Below are positions 45,257-54,324 of a DNA stretch of 64,000 nt, piece by piece. Made by a program: the position numbers and the translations under genes. Under the pieces are notes generated by a model. That model was not told the DNA's origin, ran no database searches, and saw nothing but the letters and a program-made list of their open reading frames with translations. Within the stretch, counting starts at the first letter, position 1, and each line of letters starts with the position of its first letter. This DNA is from Verrucomicrobiota bacterium (lineage in GTDB: Bacteria > Verrucomicrobiota > Verrucomicrobiia > Verrucomicrobiales > Verrucomicrobiaceae). The stretch is from positions 7,665 to 71,664 of the forward strand of contig JAPLUL010000057.1 in NCBI GenBank assembly GCA_026397635.1. The letters are read 5' to 3'.

Positions 45257-48200
45257 ATGCACCTTCGTTCCATCGCCGTTTTTGCTCTTTTGACCGCTAC
45301 CGCTTCTGCGGCGGGGAAGCTGGACTTCAATCGCGACATCCGGCCGATCCTCAGTGACAACTGCTTCGCCTGCCACGGCTTCGACGCAAAGAAACGAAAA
45401 GCGGATTTGCGGCTCGATGTGCCAGAGGGCGCGTTCAACGCGATTGAGGGCGTGTTTCCGATCAAGCCGGGGGATCCCGAGGTGAGTTCGATCATCCAGC
45501 GCATTGTTTCGACGGATGAAGATGAGGTAATGCCGCCGCCGGAAGCTCACAAGAAGGTCACCGCGGCGCAGGTGGAGATTTTGAAGCGCTGGATCAAGGA
45601 GGGCGCGGAGTACATGAAGCACTGGGCGTTTGAAGCGCCGGTGAAGGCTGTGGTGCCGGAGGTGAGAGGTCAGAAGTCAGAGGTTAGAAACCCCATTGAT
45701 GCGTTCATTCAGTCGCGGCTGGTGGCAGAGGGGCTTGCGCATTCACCGGAGGCTTCGAAGGAGGCGCTGATCCGCCGCGTGACGCTCGATCTGACCGGCC
45801 TGCCGCCGATGCTGGCAGAGATCGACGCGTTTCTCGCGGACACGAGCGCGGACGCGTATGAAAAAGTCGTCGCTCGCTTGTTGAAATCAGAACGCTACGG
45901 GGAACACATGGGCCGCTACTGGCTGGACGCGGCTCGCTATGCGGACACGCACGGCCTGCACCTCGACAACGAGCGCAGCATGTGGCCTTACCGCGACTGG
46001 GTAGTGAGCGCGTTCAATGCGAACCTGCCGTATGACCAGTTCACGCTCTGGCAGCTTGCGGGGGATCTATTACCGAATGCCACGACGGAGCAGCAAATCG
46101 CCTCCGGTTTCAATCGCTGCAACGTGACGACGAGCGAGGGCGGTTCGATCAATGAGGAGTTCATCTTCCGCTACGCGGTGGATCGCGCGGACACCACGAT
46201 GGCGGTCTGGCTGGGCCTCACCGCAGGCTGCGCGGTCTGCCACGATCACAAGTTCGATCCCATCTCGCAGAAGGAGTTTTATTCGATGTACGCCTTCTTC
46301 AACAGCGCAGCTGATCCGGCCATGGACGGCAACATCCTGCTCACGCCGCCGATTCTGCGTCTGAGCACCGCCGAGCAGAAGAAACAGATCGCGGAACACG
46401 ACCAAGGCATCGCGGCGGCACAGTCAAAGATCCGCGAGTCGATCTCGAAGCTGAACTACACCGATCCAGCGTCGCTCAATCCGCCGCCGCCGGTGCAGAC
46501 GAGCGAATTGGTGTGGTTTGAGGATGCTTTCCCCACGGGTGCCAAGGTGGAATCGAGTGGCGGGCATCCCACTCAACTTGTGACCAAGGACAAAGACCCT
46601 GTCTTTAGCGGCAACGCGGCGCTGAAACGCACGGCAACTGGCGTGGCGCAGGATTTCTTCGCGGCAGGCGGCAAATACGAGATCCCGCCGAATGGAAAAC
46701 TCAGCGTGCAGTGCTTCATCGACGAGAAAAACCCGCCAAAGGCCATCATGCTGCAATTCCACACCGCAGGGTGGAATCATCGCGCGGTGTGGGGCCAGGA
46801 AGGGGCGATCCCCTACGGTCAGGTGCGCACACCTGAAAAAGTGCAGATGGGAGCACTGCCGGAAGCTGGGAAATGGGTGAAGCTCGAAGTCGCGGCGGAT
46901 CGTCTTGGTTTGAAACCCGGCGCGAAGGTCACGGGCTACGCGTTCACGCAGTTTGGCGGCACGGTTCATTGGGATCATCTGGCGATGAGTTCCCGTGTCG
47001 ATCCTGCGAAGGATCCGCAGTGGTCGTGGAAAGTCTGGGCTGAAAAGAATCAGGGCAAACGCGTGGCCGAGTTGCCCAACGACCTGCAAACCCTCGTGCG
47101 CGGCAAAAAACAGCCCGAGTGGCCAGAAAAGGATGTGACCCGCCTCAAAGAATGGTGGTTTGAAAATGAGTATCAGGGTGCGCGTGAGATCGTGGATGGC
47201 CTCCGGGCTGAAAAACTGGCCTTGGAGGCCCAAAAGAAGGTTCTGGACGATGTGATCCCCGCCACTTTCGTCATGGCCGACTTGCCACAGCCGAGGGACG
47301 CCTTCGTGATGGATCGCGGCCAGTATGACAAGCCCAAGGACAAGGTCACACGCGGCACACCGGCGATTTTCCCGGCCTTGCCCAAGCAGGACCATTACAC
47401 GCGCCTCGATCTCGCCAAGTGGCTCGTCAGTCCGCAGCACCCGCTCACCGCCCGTGTGCAGGCGAATCGACTGTGGCAGCAGTTCTTCGGCACCGGATTG
47501 GTGAAAACGAGCAACGATTTCGGCTCCCAGGGCGAGCCGCCGAGCCACCCCGAACTGCTCGACTGGCTGGCGGTGACCTTCCGCGAGAGCGGCTGGGACA
47601 TGAAAGCGTTCGTGAAGCTGATCGTCACCTCGCACACTTACCGGCAGAGTTCGCAGTTCTCGGTTCACAGTTCGCAGTTAGACCCGGAGAACCGTCTTTT
47701 ATCCCATGGTGCGCGTTTTCGTCTGGATGCCGAGGTGGTGCGTGATTCATCGTTGTTCGTGTCTGGTCTGCTGAGTCCGAAGATCGGCGGGAAAGGTGTG
47801 AAGCCCTATCAGCCGGAAAACATCTGGGAGCCGGTCGGTTTCGGCGGCAGCAACACGCGCAACTACATCCAGGACCACGGTGAATCGCTTTACCGCCGCA
47901 GTTTGTACACCTTCTGGAAGCGCACCGCACCGCCGCCGAACATGACCTCGTTTGATGCGCCGAACCGCGAGAGTTACTGCCTGCGCCGCGAGCGCAGCAA
48001 CACCCCGCTGCAGGCGCTCACGCTCATGAACGACGTACAGTTCTTCGAAGCCTCGCGGAATTTCGCCCAGCGCGTGCTGCAAACTGCCACCAGCACGGAT
48101 GCGCGCATCACCGCGCTGTTCCGCCGCGCCACCGGCCGCTTCCCGAATGCCCAGGAGGCCGAAATCGTCCGCCAGTCTGTGGAAAAACACCTCGCGGCCT

Positions 48201-48346
48201 ACACCGCGAAGCCCGAGGAGGCCAAAAAAGCCATCAGCTACGGCGAATCGAAGCCCGATGAGAAACTCAACCCCGCCGAACTCGCCGCGTGGACGATGGC
48301 GGCAAACTTGGTGATGAATCTCGATGAGGTGGTGACGAAGGGGTAA
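45257..48346 (+). CDS. PSD1/Planctomycete cytochrome C protein (DUF1549 + DUF1553) with a beta-sandwich insert
   Basis: FNRDIRPILSDNCFACHG, NPIDAFI, CAVCHDHKFDPI, PSHPELLDWLA and NTPLQAL. Confidence 0.93.
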   Translation: MHLRSIAVFALLTATASAAGKLDFNRDIRPILSDNCFACHGFDAKKRKADLRLDVPEGAFNAIEGVFPIKPGDPEVSSIIQRIVSTDEDEVMPPPEAHKKVTAAQVEILKRWIKEGAEYMKHWAFEAPVKAVVPEVRGQKSEVRNPIDAFIQSRLVAEGLAHSPEASKEALIRRVTLDLTGLPPMLAEIDAFLADTSADAYEKVVARLLKSERYGEHMGRYWLDAARYADTHGLHLDNERSMWPYRDWVVSAFNANLPYDQFTLWQLAGDLLPNATTEQQIASGFNRCNVTTSEGGSINEEFIFRYAVDRADTTMAVWLGLTAGCAVCHDHKFDPISQKEFYSMYAFFNSAADPAMDGNILLTPPILRLSTAEQKKQIAEHDQGIAAAQSKIRESISKLNYTDPASLNPPPPVQTSELVWFEDAFPTGAKVESSGGHPTQLVTKDKDPVFSGNAALKRTATGVAQDFFAAGGKYEIPPNGKLSVQCFIDEKNPPKAIMLQFHTAGWNHRAVWGQEGAIPYGQVRTPEKVQMGALPEAGKWVKLEVAADRLGLKPGAKVTGYAFTQFGGTVHWDHLAMSSRVDPAKDPQWSWKVWAEKNQGKRVAELPNDLQTLVRGKKQPEWPEKDVTRLKEWWFENEYQGAREIVDGLRAEKLALEAQKKVLDDVIPATFVMADLPQPRDAFVMDRGQYDKPKDKVTRGTPAIFPALPKQDHYTRLDLAKWLVSPQHPLTARVQANRLWQQFFGTGLVKTSNDFGSQGEPPSHPELLDWLAVTFRESGWDMKAFVKLIVTSHTYRQSSQFSVHSSQLDPENRLLSHGARFRLDAEVVRDSSLFVSGLLSPKIGGKGVKPYQPENIWEPVGFGGSNTRNYIQDHGESLYRRSLYTFWKRTAPPPNMTSFDAPNRESYCLRRERSNTPLQALTLMNDVQFFEASRNFAQRVLQTATSTDARITALFRRATGRFPNAQEAEIVRQSVEKHLAAYTAKPEEAKKAISYGESKPDEKLNPAELAAWTMAANLVMNLDEVVTKG
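45659..45691. repeat. In-frame heptamer repeat inside a CDS (GAGGTCA family)
   Basis: GAGGTGA GAGGTCA GAAGTCA GAGGTTA, encoding EVRGQKSEVR. Confidence 0.85.
47647..47681. repeat. In-frame heptamer repeat inside a CDS (CAGTTCG family)
   Basis: GAGTTCG CAGTTCT CGGTTCA CAGTTCG CAGTTAG, encoding SSQFSVHSSQL. Confidence 0.85.
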
Positions 48347-48384
48347 AGAAAACCAAGGAAGGCATTGATTTGGTCGTATTCGTA

Positions 48385-48398
48385 TGCATAAATATGCA
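48385..48398. promoter_or_regulatory. Palindromic operator candidate for vapBC autoregulation
   Basis: TGCATA-AA-TATGCA perfect inverted repeat immediately upstream of the vapB start. Confidence 0.6.
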
Positions 48399-48399
48399 C

Positions 48400-48654
48400 A
48401 TGAGAACAACATTGATCATCGAAGATAGCATTTTGGCGAAGGCCAGCAGCTTGACCGGTATCACGGAAAAAACCAAGTTGGTTCACATGGGTTTGGAAGC
48501 TTTGATTCACAGGGAATCCGCCAGGAGGTTGTCTGCGTTGGGTGGTTCCATGCCAGATTTGACTGTGCCTCCGAGGAGGCGTCCCGATGACACCCCTCAC
48601 GGGGTCGCCACGTTAAATTTCGCTGAAGAACCTGCCGTCCATGGTGCTCGCTGA
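48400..48654 (+). CDS. vapB: VapB-family antitoxin (RHH, DUF2191-like)
   Basis: MRTTLIIEDSIL...GITEKTKLVHMGLEALI; overlaps the PIN gene. Confidence 0.85.
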   Translation: MRTTLIIEDSILAKASSLTGITEKTKLVHMGLEALIHRESARRLSALGGSMPDLTVPPRRRPDDTPHGVATLNFAEEPAVHGAR

Positions 48655-49021
48655 TACCAACATCTGGATCAATTTCCTGCGTGGCAAGGATCAGGCGCTG
48701 GGCCAGATGCTCTGGCGGGGCGAGATCATGATGCACTGGATCGTCATCGGTGAACTGGCGACGGGAAACCTCGCCAACCGCGCCCAATTTCTGACCGATT
48801 TGCGTGAGATGCAGATGGTTCAGCCCGCCACGGAACGTGAATCACTGGTGTTGATCGAAAATCGGCGGCTGTATGGCCGTGGTATCGGCTGGAACGACAT
48901 CCAGATTCTGGCCAGTTGCCTGATCAATCATGTGCCGTTCTGGACCAGTGACCGCAGACTGCGGGAAGCCGCCGAGGAACTGGGGTGTGCCTGGCAGGGA
49001 GAGGGTGAGAGCGAAGCTTGA
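48641..49021 (+). CDS. vapC: VapC PIN-domain ribonuclease toxin
   Basis: VLADTNIW, GELATG, GIGWNDIQI and WTSDRRL acidic tetrad. Confidence 0.9.
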   Translation: MVLADTNIWINFLRGKDQALGQMLWRGEIMMHWIVIGELATGNLANRAQFLTDLREMQMVQPATERESLVLIENRRLYGRGIGWNDIQILASCLINHVPFWTSDRRLREAAEELGCAWQGEGESEA

Positions 49022-49165
49022 AGGAGTGGCACCTTGGAACAGCGCTGCTTTCAACCTGCCTCGAACACCGTCGAAGGTCTCCGGTATTTGGTTATGGAGT
49101 AGGAGAATGCGGATGAATATCCCTCTCGCGCTTCCATGCCAGTCTTCGTAAAACGACCGCCTCAC

Positions 49166-49264
49166 ATGTCCTACGTGCCCACACCTGCCGGCTACCAACG
49201 CTCTGCAGGCGGCGGTTTCAAGTGGGTGCCGCCCAGTGCGGAGCATCTTGCCAAACTGCTGCCG
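49166..49264 (+). pseudogene. 5' relic of a Ser/Thr kinase gene
   Basis: WVPPSAEHLAKLLP matches the pre-kinase motif of the kinase at 6749 (FAPPSTAELDVLIP); similarity ends abruptly after LLP. Confidence 0.55.
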
Positions 49265-49338
49265 CTCACGTCATCCCGCAGATCATTGCAGACCCGGCGT
49301 AGTTTTCAGGGACGGGCTGCGGCGGGACACCGCAGCCG

Positions 49339-49355
49339 ACACGCGGGACGCGTGT
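49339..49355. repeat. REP-like GC hairpin
   Basis: ACACGCG-GGA-CGCGTGT perfect 7-bp stem. Confidence 0.55.
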
Positions 49356-49432
49356 GCTCCACCCTGCCAGAAAGCTCGCCCGGATGTATGGATGTGCGGT
49401 GAAGTCGCCTGGGCTTTTCGAGGCCAGCCGCC

Positions 49433-49795
49433 TTACCCCTCAAACTCCGTCTCACGGTCCGCCGAAGAGAAGCAGATCACCATCTCCGCATCCCTGCCAT
49501 CCAGCGCATGGGCATTGTGCCACTGACCGGCGGGGATGGAGATCGTGTCGCCGGGGTTGAGGAGGAATTTCTGCTCCCCGAGGCTGTGTTCGAGGCGACC
49601 GGAGAGCAGGTGAAGGATTTCGTCGCAGTTCGGATGGCGGTGACGCGGGTTCGTTTGACCGGCGGGGATCGTCACTCGGCCAAAAGTCATCGTGGTGGAG
49701 TTTCCCAATTCGCGGGAGGCCAGCCAGGTGAGTTTTCCCCAGGGTTGGTCGATCAAATTGCCTTCGGCTGGCGTGCGAACGGGCGTGCGGTTCAT
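49433..49795 (-). CDS. Cupin-domain protein
   Basis: HRHPNCDEILHLLSG and GDTISIPAGQWH cupin motifs. Confidence 0.9.
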   Translation of the reverse strand: MNRTPVRTPAEGNLIDQPWGKLTWLASRELGNSTTMTFGRVTIPAGQTNPRHRHPNCDEILHLLSGRLEHSLGEQKFLLNPGDTISIPAGQWHNAHALDGRDAEMVICFSSADRETEFEG

Positions 49796-50006
49796 GGGGT
49801 GATTGTTTCGGTTCGAGCCGGTTTTGGCGACTGATTTTTAGCCGGGAAGGGGGGTGGTAAGTCTTTTGTAAAGGCTTTATTGATTATTGCTTCTATATTT
49901 TAAGACTCTAAAATGGGTGTGTTCTCAGATTTGAAAGTCTCTCACGGTCATGTCTTCCCACGCACCACTCCGCCAAATCTCGAAGTCGTCGCAATTGCTG
50001 CGGAAA

Positions 50007-52646
50007 ATGGTCCTTGGGGCGGTTTTTTCGATCGCAGGATTGATGGCGGCGGATCTGAGTTCGGCCCGCCATTTGTATGTCGATCAGTCGCTGCGGCCTG
50101 ATCCGCGGTCGGTGGCCGCCTTTGACCTCAGTGTGCTGCATCCGCAGGCCGAGGTGGACATGGAGCCGGGCCATGCCTTGGGAAACCGCTACCTCGCGCT
50201 GCTCGACACCGTCCACTACCAAACCGGAACACGCGCGGCCATGCTCGCGGTGGAGCGCCAGATGGCCTCGAAGCCCTCCGCCGCAGACCCGCGTGGTCGG
50301 CTGGCTGATCTGGCGCATCCGGAGTGGATTCCCTGGGTGGTGGAGTCGCTGGCCGATCCAGCGGCGAAGAAAGGTTTTGATGGTTTTGTGCTGAGCCTTG
50401 GCGGTGAAGCGGCCTCTCCTGCCTCACGCGAAGCCTTCTTGAAACTCGCCGCCACCCTGCGGCAGCGCTTCCCGGACAAACGCCTGCTGCTGGATCTCCG
50501 CAGCGGCCTCGGCAGCGAGGCTGCTCGCGTCGCCGATGGTTTTCTCGCCTTGGGCGTTTACACGCGTGAAAGCCGCACCGGTGGCCTCGATTGGACCCCC
50601 ATCGCCGACGTAGAGTGCCTCACGCGGCACATTCGCTCAGTGCAGATGCAGGGCATGCGTGTTTTTGCGGTCGATTACGCGCCCGCCAAGGACCGTTCCG
50701 CCGCACGGGAAGCCGCGAAGCGTCTCAGCAGCATCGGTGCGCTGCCGTTCATCACCACGCCAGATCTGAGCGGCGTCAATCTCGGCCCGCTGGAGGAAAT
50801 CACCCGCCGCGTCCTCGTTCTGCATGGCTGGGATGCCAAACACACCGGCCAAGCCGCTCCCGCCGCCGAAAGCACCGCCACGGCCCGCTGCATGCGCCCG
50901 GTGCTTGAATGGCTGGGCTGCGAACTCGACTTCTGCAGCGCGAACGGGCCGGATTTTCTTCCTGCGTCGCATGATTTCAGCGCGGTGGTGCTCGATTCCG
51001 GTCTGGTGCTCAATGACGCGCAGCAGCGCTCGCTTGCCGCCTGGCTGCCCTCGCTGCGGGCCAAAAAAATCCCGCTGCTGCTCACCAGCATGCCCTTCAC
51101 GGATGAAACTGCCCGTCAGCAGGCACTGTTGCACCTCGGTCTCGGTGGCAGCGCGAAGCCCGTCTCCCATCTCGTCAAAGCCAACGTCGCTGGCATCGAC
51201 TCTACGCTCATCGGCGCAGGTTCACGCATTCAGGGTCGTGCGCTCGGTTTTCTGAATCTCACGGCTCCTGCGGACTCGCGCGTCGTGCTCGCCATGCGCG
51301 GGGAGGACGCGCTCGGCACCGAGCACCGCTTTGACCAGGCATTTCTCGCCACGTGGGGCGGGGCCTGCATCGACCCCATGCTCGGCATCAACGGCCCGCA
51401 GGTCGATCTTCCCGCTTTCCTCGCCGCATGGCTCGGTCGTGACCAAAGCGCTCCTGTGCCAGACACCACCACGCGTGATGGTCGCCGTGTCTTTTACAGC
51501 CACATTGAGAGCACAGGCTTCTCCACGCCTTCCACGCTCCCCGGTTTCCCTCTCTGCTCTGAGATCATGCGCGACCGCATCCTCGGGCGCTATCTGCTGC
51601 CCGTCACCGCCTCCGTGTGCGAGGCCGACCTGCGCGGCTGGTTTCCCGGCCAGGAGGCGGAAGCTGCGCCGCGCCTGGAGCACACGGCCCGTAGCATCTT
51701 CGAAATGCTGCAGGTCCAGGCCGCTTCGAACTCTTTTACCCGTCCTTCAACCTGGACGGCAGGCACCGACATCGCCGCCAAGCTCAACGATCGCGCTCAA
51801 ACCGCGCGTCAAGACATGGAACGCGAGATTGCCGGCTCCATGAACTACATCCACCGTCGGCTTCTGCCCGTGGGCAAAGACGTGAGCCTCATGCTGTGGC
51901 CGCAAAACGCCGCGCCCACACCTGAGGCGCTGAGCTTCTGCGAATCCATGCGCATTGAGAACCTGCCCGCCGCTCCCATCGGCACTCCGGCTGCCGTGCT
52001 CGATTCCAAATCAGTCCGTCTGGAGCCGGTCGCTGTGCGCAGCCGCTTTGAGGATGTGCGCACCGAGCCGGGCATCGCCGCGCTCGAAAAAACCCTCGAC
52101 GCCTGCGCCGCCGCGCCACTGCATGCCATGACCGCTGCTGCTTACGCCGCCAGCGTTCGCGACGCGCGGCACACGCGCATCCTGCGAGCGGCTGAAAATC
52201 ACTGGATCATCCTGAATCAGGGCGAATGCCGCACGCTGCGCCTTCCTGCCTCTGTTGGCGTGCCGGACATGACACGGTGCCTTGGCGTTTCTGGCTTCAA
52301 CACGCATGCAGGTCAGCTTTACATCCACACCCTGGGTGGAGCACGCACCGAGCTGGTTTTGACCCGGGGAAAAGCCGCGCGTCACATCCACCTCGTAGAA
52401 AGCAGTGCTCCGGTCGAGTTCATGGATCTGTCCTCCCGCCGCGCCACCTTCCACGTGCGTGATTTGCGTCCCGTCGAGGTGGTCTTCGGTGGTTTCGAGC
52501 CGCGCGGCCAGTGCGCCTATCTCGAAAACGGCCGTCCTTACACGGTGAATGCCGACGCCAGCGGTATCGTGCGTCTCGAACTCGTCTGCCGCGCTACCGT
52601 CTCCATCCAATCGCTCCCGCCCTCCGTCGAGGCCGCGATGCGCTAA
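50007..52646 (+). CDS. pelA: PelA homologue (glycoside hydrolase + deacetylase architecture) with degenerate catalytic sites
   Basis: PDTTTRDGRRVFYSHIESTGF, ASNSFTRP and RTLRLPASVGVPDMTRCLGVSG line up with the PelA segments as I recall them; signal peptide present. Confidence 0.8.
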   Translation: MVLGAVFSIAGLMAADLSSARHLYVDQSLRPDPRSVAAFDLSVLHPQAEVDMEPGHALGNRYLALLDTVHYQTGTRAAMLAVERQMASKPSAADPRGRLADLAHPEWIPWVVESLADPAAKKGFDGFVLSLGGEAASPASREAFLKLAATLRQRFPDKRLLLDLRSGLGSEAARVADGFLALGVYTRESRTGGLDWTPIADVECLTRHIRSVQMQGMRVFAVDYAPAKDRSAAREAAKRLSSIGALPFITTPDLSGVNLGPLEEITRRVLVLHGWDAKHTGQAAPAAESTATARCMRPVLEWLGCELDFCSANGPDFLPASHDFSAVVLDSGLVLNDAQQRSLAAWLPSLRAKKIPLLLTSMPFTDETARQQALLHLGLGGSAKPVSHLVKANVAGIDSTLIGAGSRIQGRALGFLNLTAPADSRVVLAMRGEDALGTEHRFDQAFLATWGGACIDPMLGINGPQVDLPAFLAAWLGRDQSAPVPDTTTRDGRRVFYSHIESTGFSTPSTLPGFPLCSEIMRDRILGRYLLPVTASVCEADLRGWFPGQEAEAAPRLEHTARSIFEMLQVQAASNSFTRPSTWTAGTDIAAKLNDRAQTARQDMEREIAGSMNYIHRRLLPVGKDVSLMLWPQNAAPTPEALSFCESMRIENLPAAPIGTPAAVLDSKSVRLEPVAVRSRFEDVRTEPGIAALEKTLDACAAAPLHAMTAAAYAASVRDARHTRILRAAENHWIILNQGECRTLRLPASVGVPDMTRCLGVSGFNTHAGQLYIHTLGGARTELVLTRGKAARHIHLVESSAPVEFMDLSSRRATFHVRDLRPVEVVFGGFEPRGQCAYLENGRPYTVNADASGIVRLELVCRATVSIQSLPPSVEAAMR

Positions 52647-52668
52647 TGTTTTTTTCCATCTCTGCCGC

Positions 52669-54284
52669 ATGTCCCGTAGCTCTCGCCAAGTTCTGTTGCT
52701 GATCACGTCCTACACGGCGCTCGCCGTCGCGTGGGGCTGGCGCTTGCATGCCAATGACGCGCCGCCGAAGAACAACGAGACGCTGCTAGACACCACCCGC
52801 GCCGAGATCATCGACCGCCTCGCCACCGCGCCTGCAGACCTCCAGCCGCCTGCCCTTTTGCAACTTGCGCTGCTGCCAGAGAAAGAAATCCTCGCTTTGC
52901 ATGAATGGCGCAGCAAGGCCCCATCCACACTCCCTGCCCGCTGAACACCGCGCTCGTCTTTACTGAACTCGAACGTGCTGACGCGCCGCTCATTGAGGAC
53001 ACGCGCCTGCTCATCTCCGCCGCCGGAGATCGGCTCGAAGAGCCGCACAAGCTCGCCGCTCTCGCACGTCTGGCCTCACAAGCTGCCGCCAACCACGAAC
53101 CCAACCTCGCCCTCGAAATTCATCAACGCGCCTGTGAGTCTGAGATCGCCACCTGGGAAAACGTGCTCGCCTTGGCCGATGCCGCGCGTGTGGCCCGCCG
53201 TCCGGCGGCCGCGTTGAAAGTCGTCAACGCCTGGCTTGCCCCCACCGCATCGCGGCTTGAAGCCAAGCGGCGTGATGACGCGCTCGATTTGCAGACCGCG
53301 CTCCTGCTCGAAGGCACGCGCTACGCCGAAGCCAGCCGCATCACGCTCGATGATCTGCGCTCCTTGAAGCTCAACGATGCCATCCCGCCGCGCCTCATGC
53401 AGCGTGCTTGGCTCGCCACGCATGCCGCTGGCGAGTCCGCCGAGCTCCTGCCATGGATCGAGCGGCATCTGCGCACCTTCCCAGATCATCAGTTCAGCGT
53501 CGAAGACATCGCCGCTGGAAAAACCGTCTCCGCTGACTATCTGCGCTGGCTCGGCGAGTCCGCCGCCATCGCCGACCGCCAACACCAGACCAGCATCGCC
53601 TGCGAGGGCTTCTTCCGCCTCGCCGCGGCTGGTGAAACCCGCGTGATGGCCCGTTTGCACGCGCTCGCCACGCAGATCGGTCGCGGCCACGAGCTCGCGC
53701 GGCTTTTCACCGCCTTGCAGCGCCGCATCTCCATTCTCGAACTCGCCCAGGCGCTCGCTGAAGGCAATGCGCCTGCTCCCGCTCGCGATCTTCTCGCCGC
53801 ACATCTCAAAACCACGCCCAACAACCGCGCCGGCTGGCATTTGCTCACCGAGATCGACGTGATGCTGCGTGGTGCCGCCTCCGCGCCCCAGCTGTGGGAA
53901 GGATTCCTCAAACGCTTCCCTGACGACGTTCCCGCCTTGAAGCGCCTCGCCCAGCTACAGATCAACAGCGCCCAGCACCTGCAGGCCCTCCGCACCTTGC
54001 TGCGCATCTCCAGCGTGGATCTCGACGAAGCCACGCTACGCCAGATCACCGCTCTTGCGGTTCAGCTCGACGATCTCACCACCGCCGTCCGCAGCCAGCA
54101 GCTCATCGTGCAAGGCTCCAAGCAGCCCGCCGTCAGCGATGTCCTCACCCTCGCCGCTTTGACACGTCAAAGCTCCGATGCCGATTCGCTGGCCGTGCTG
54201 GCTGAAACCGTCGCTCAACTGCCCGCTCCGGCCGCTTTCCAGCAGTCACTCATCATTCCCACCACCGCCGTGCAGGCGAAGTAA
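52669..54284 (+). CDS. All-helical TPR-like protein (PelB-position), split by a -1 frameshift near 52935-52940
   Basis: The frame-1 ORF 52669-52944 has an N-terminal hydrophobic segment and overlaps the frame-3 ORF to 54284. Adding one C at GCCCG gives continuous ...STLPAPLNTAL. Confidence 0.65.
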
Positions 54285-54324
54285 TTTTCGCGTCCATTCG
54301 CCGTCTGGTGGTCTATCTTCACCC

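Noticed and set aside
46424-47668. 414-aa minus-strand ORF
   Set aside because: Antisense shadow of the DUF1549/1553 gene.
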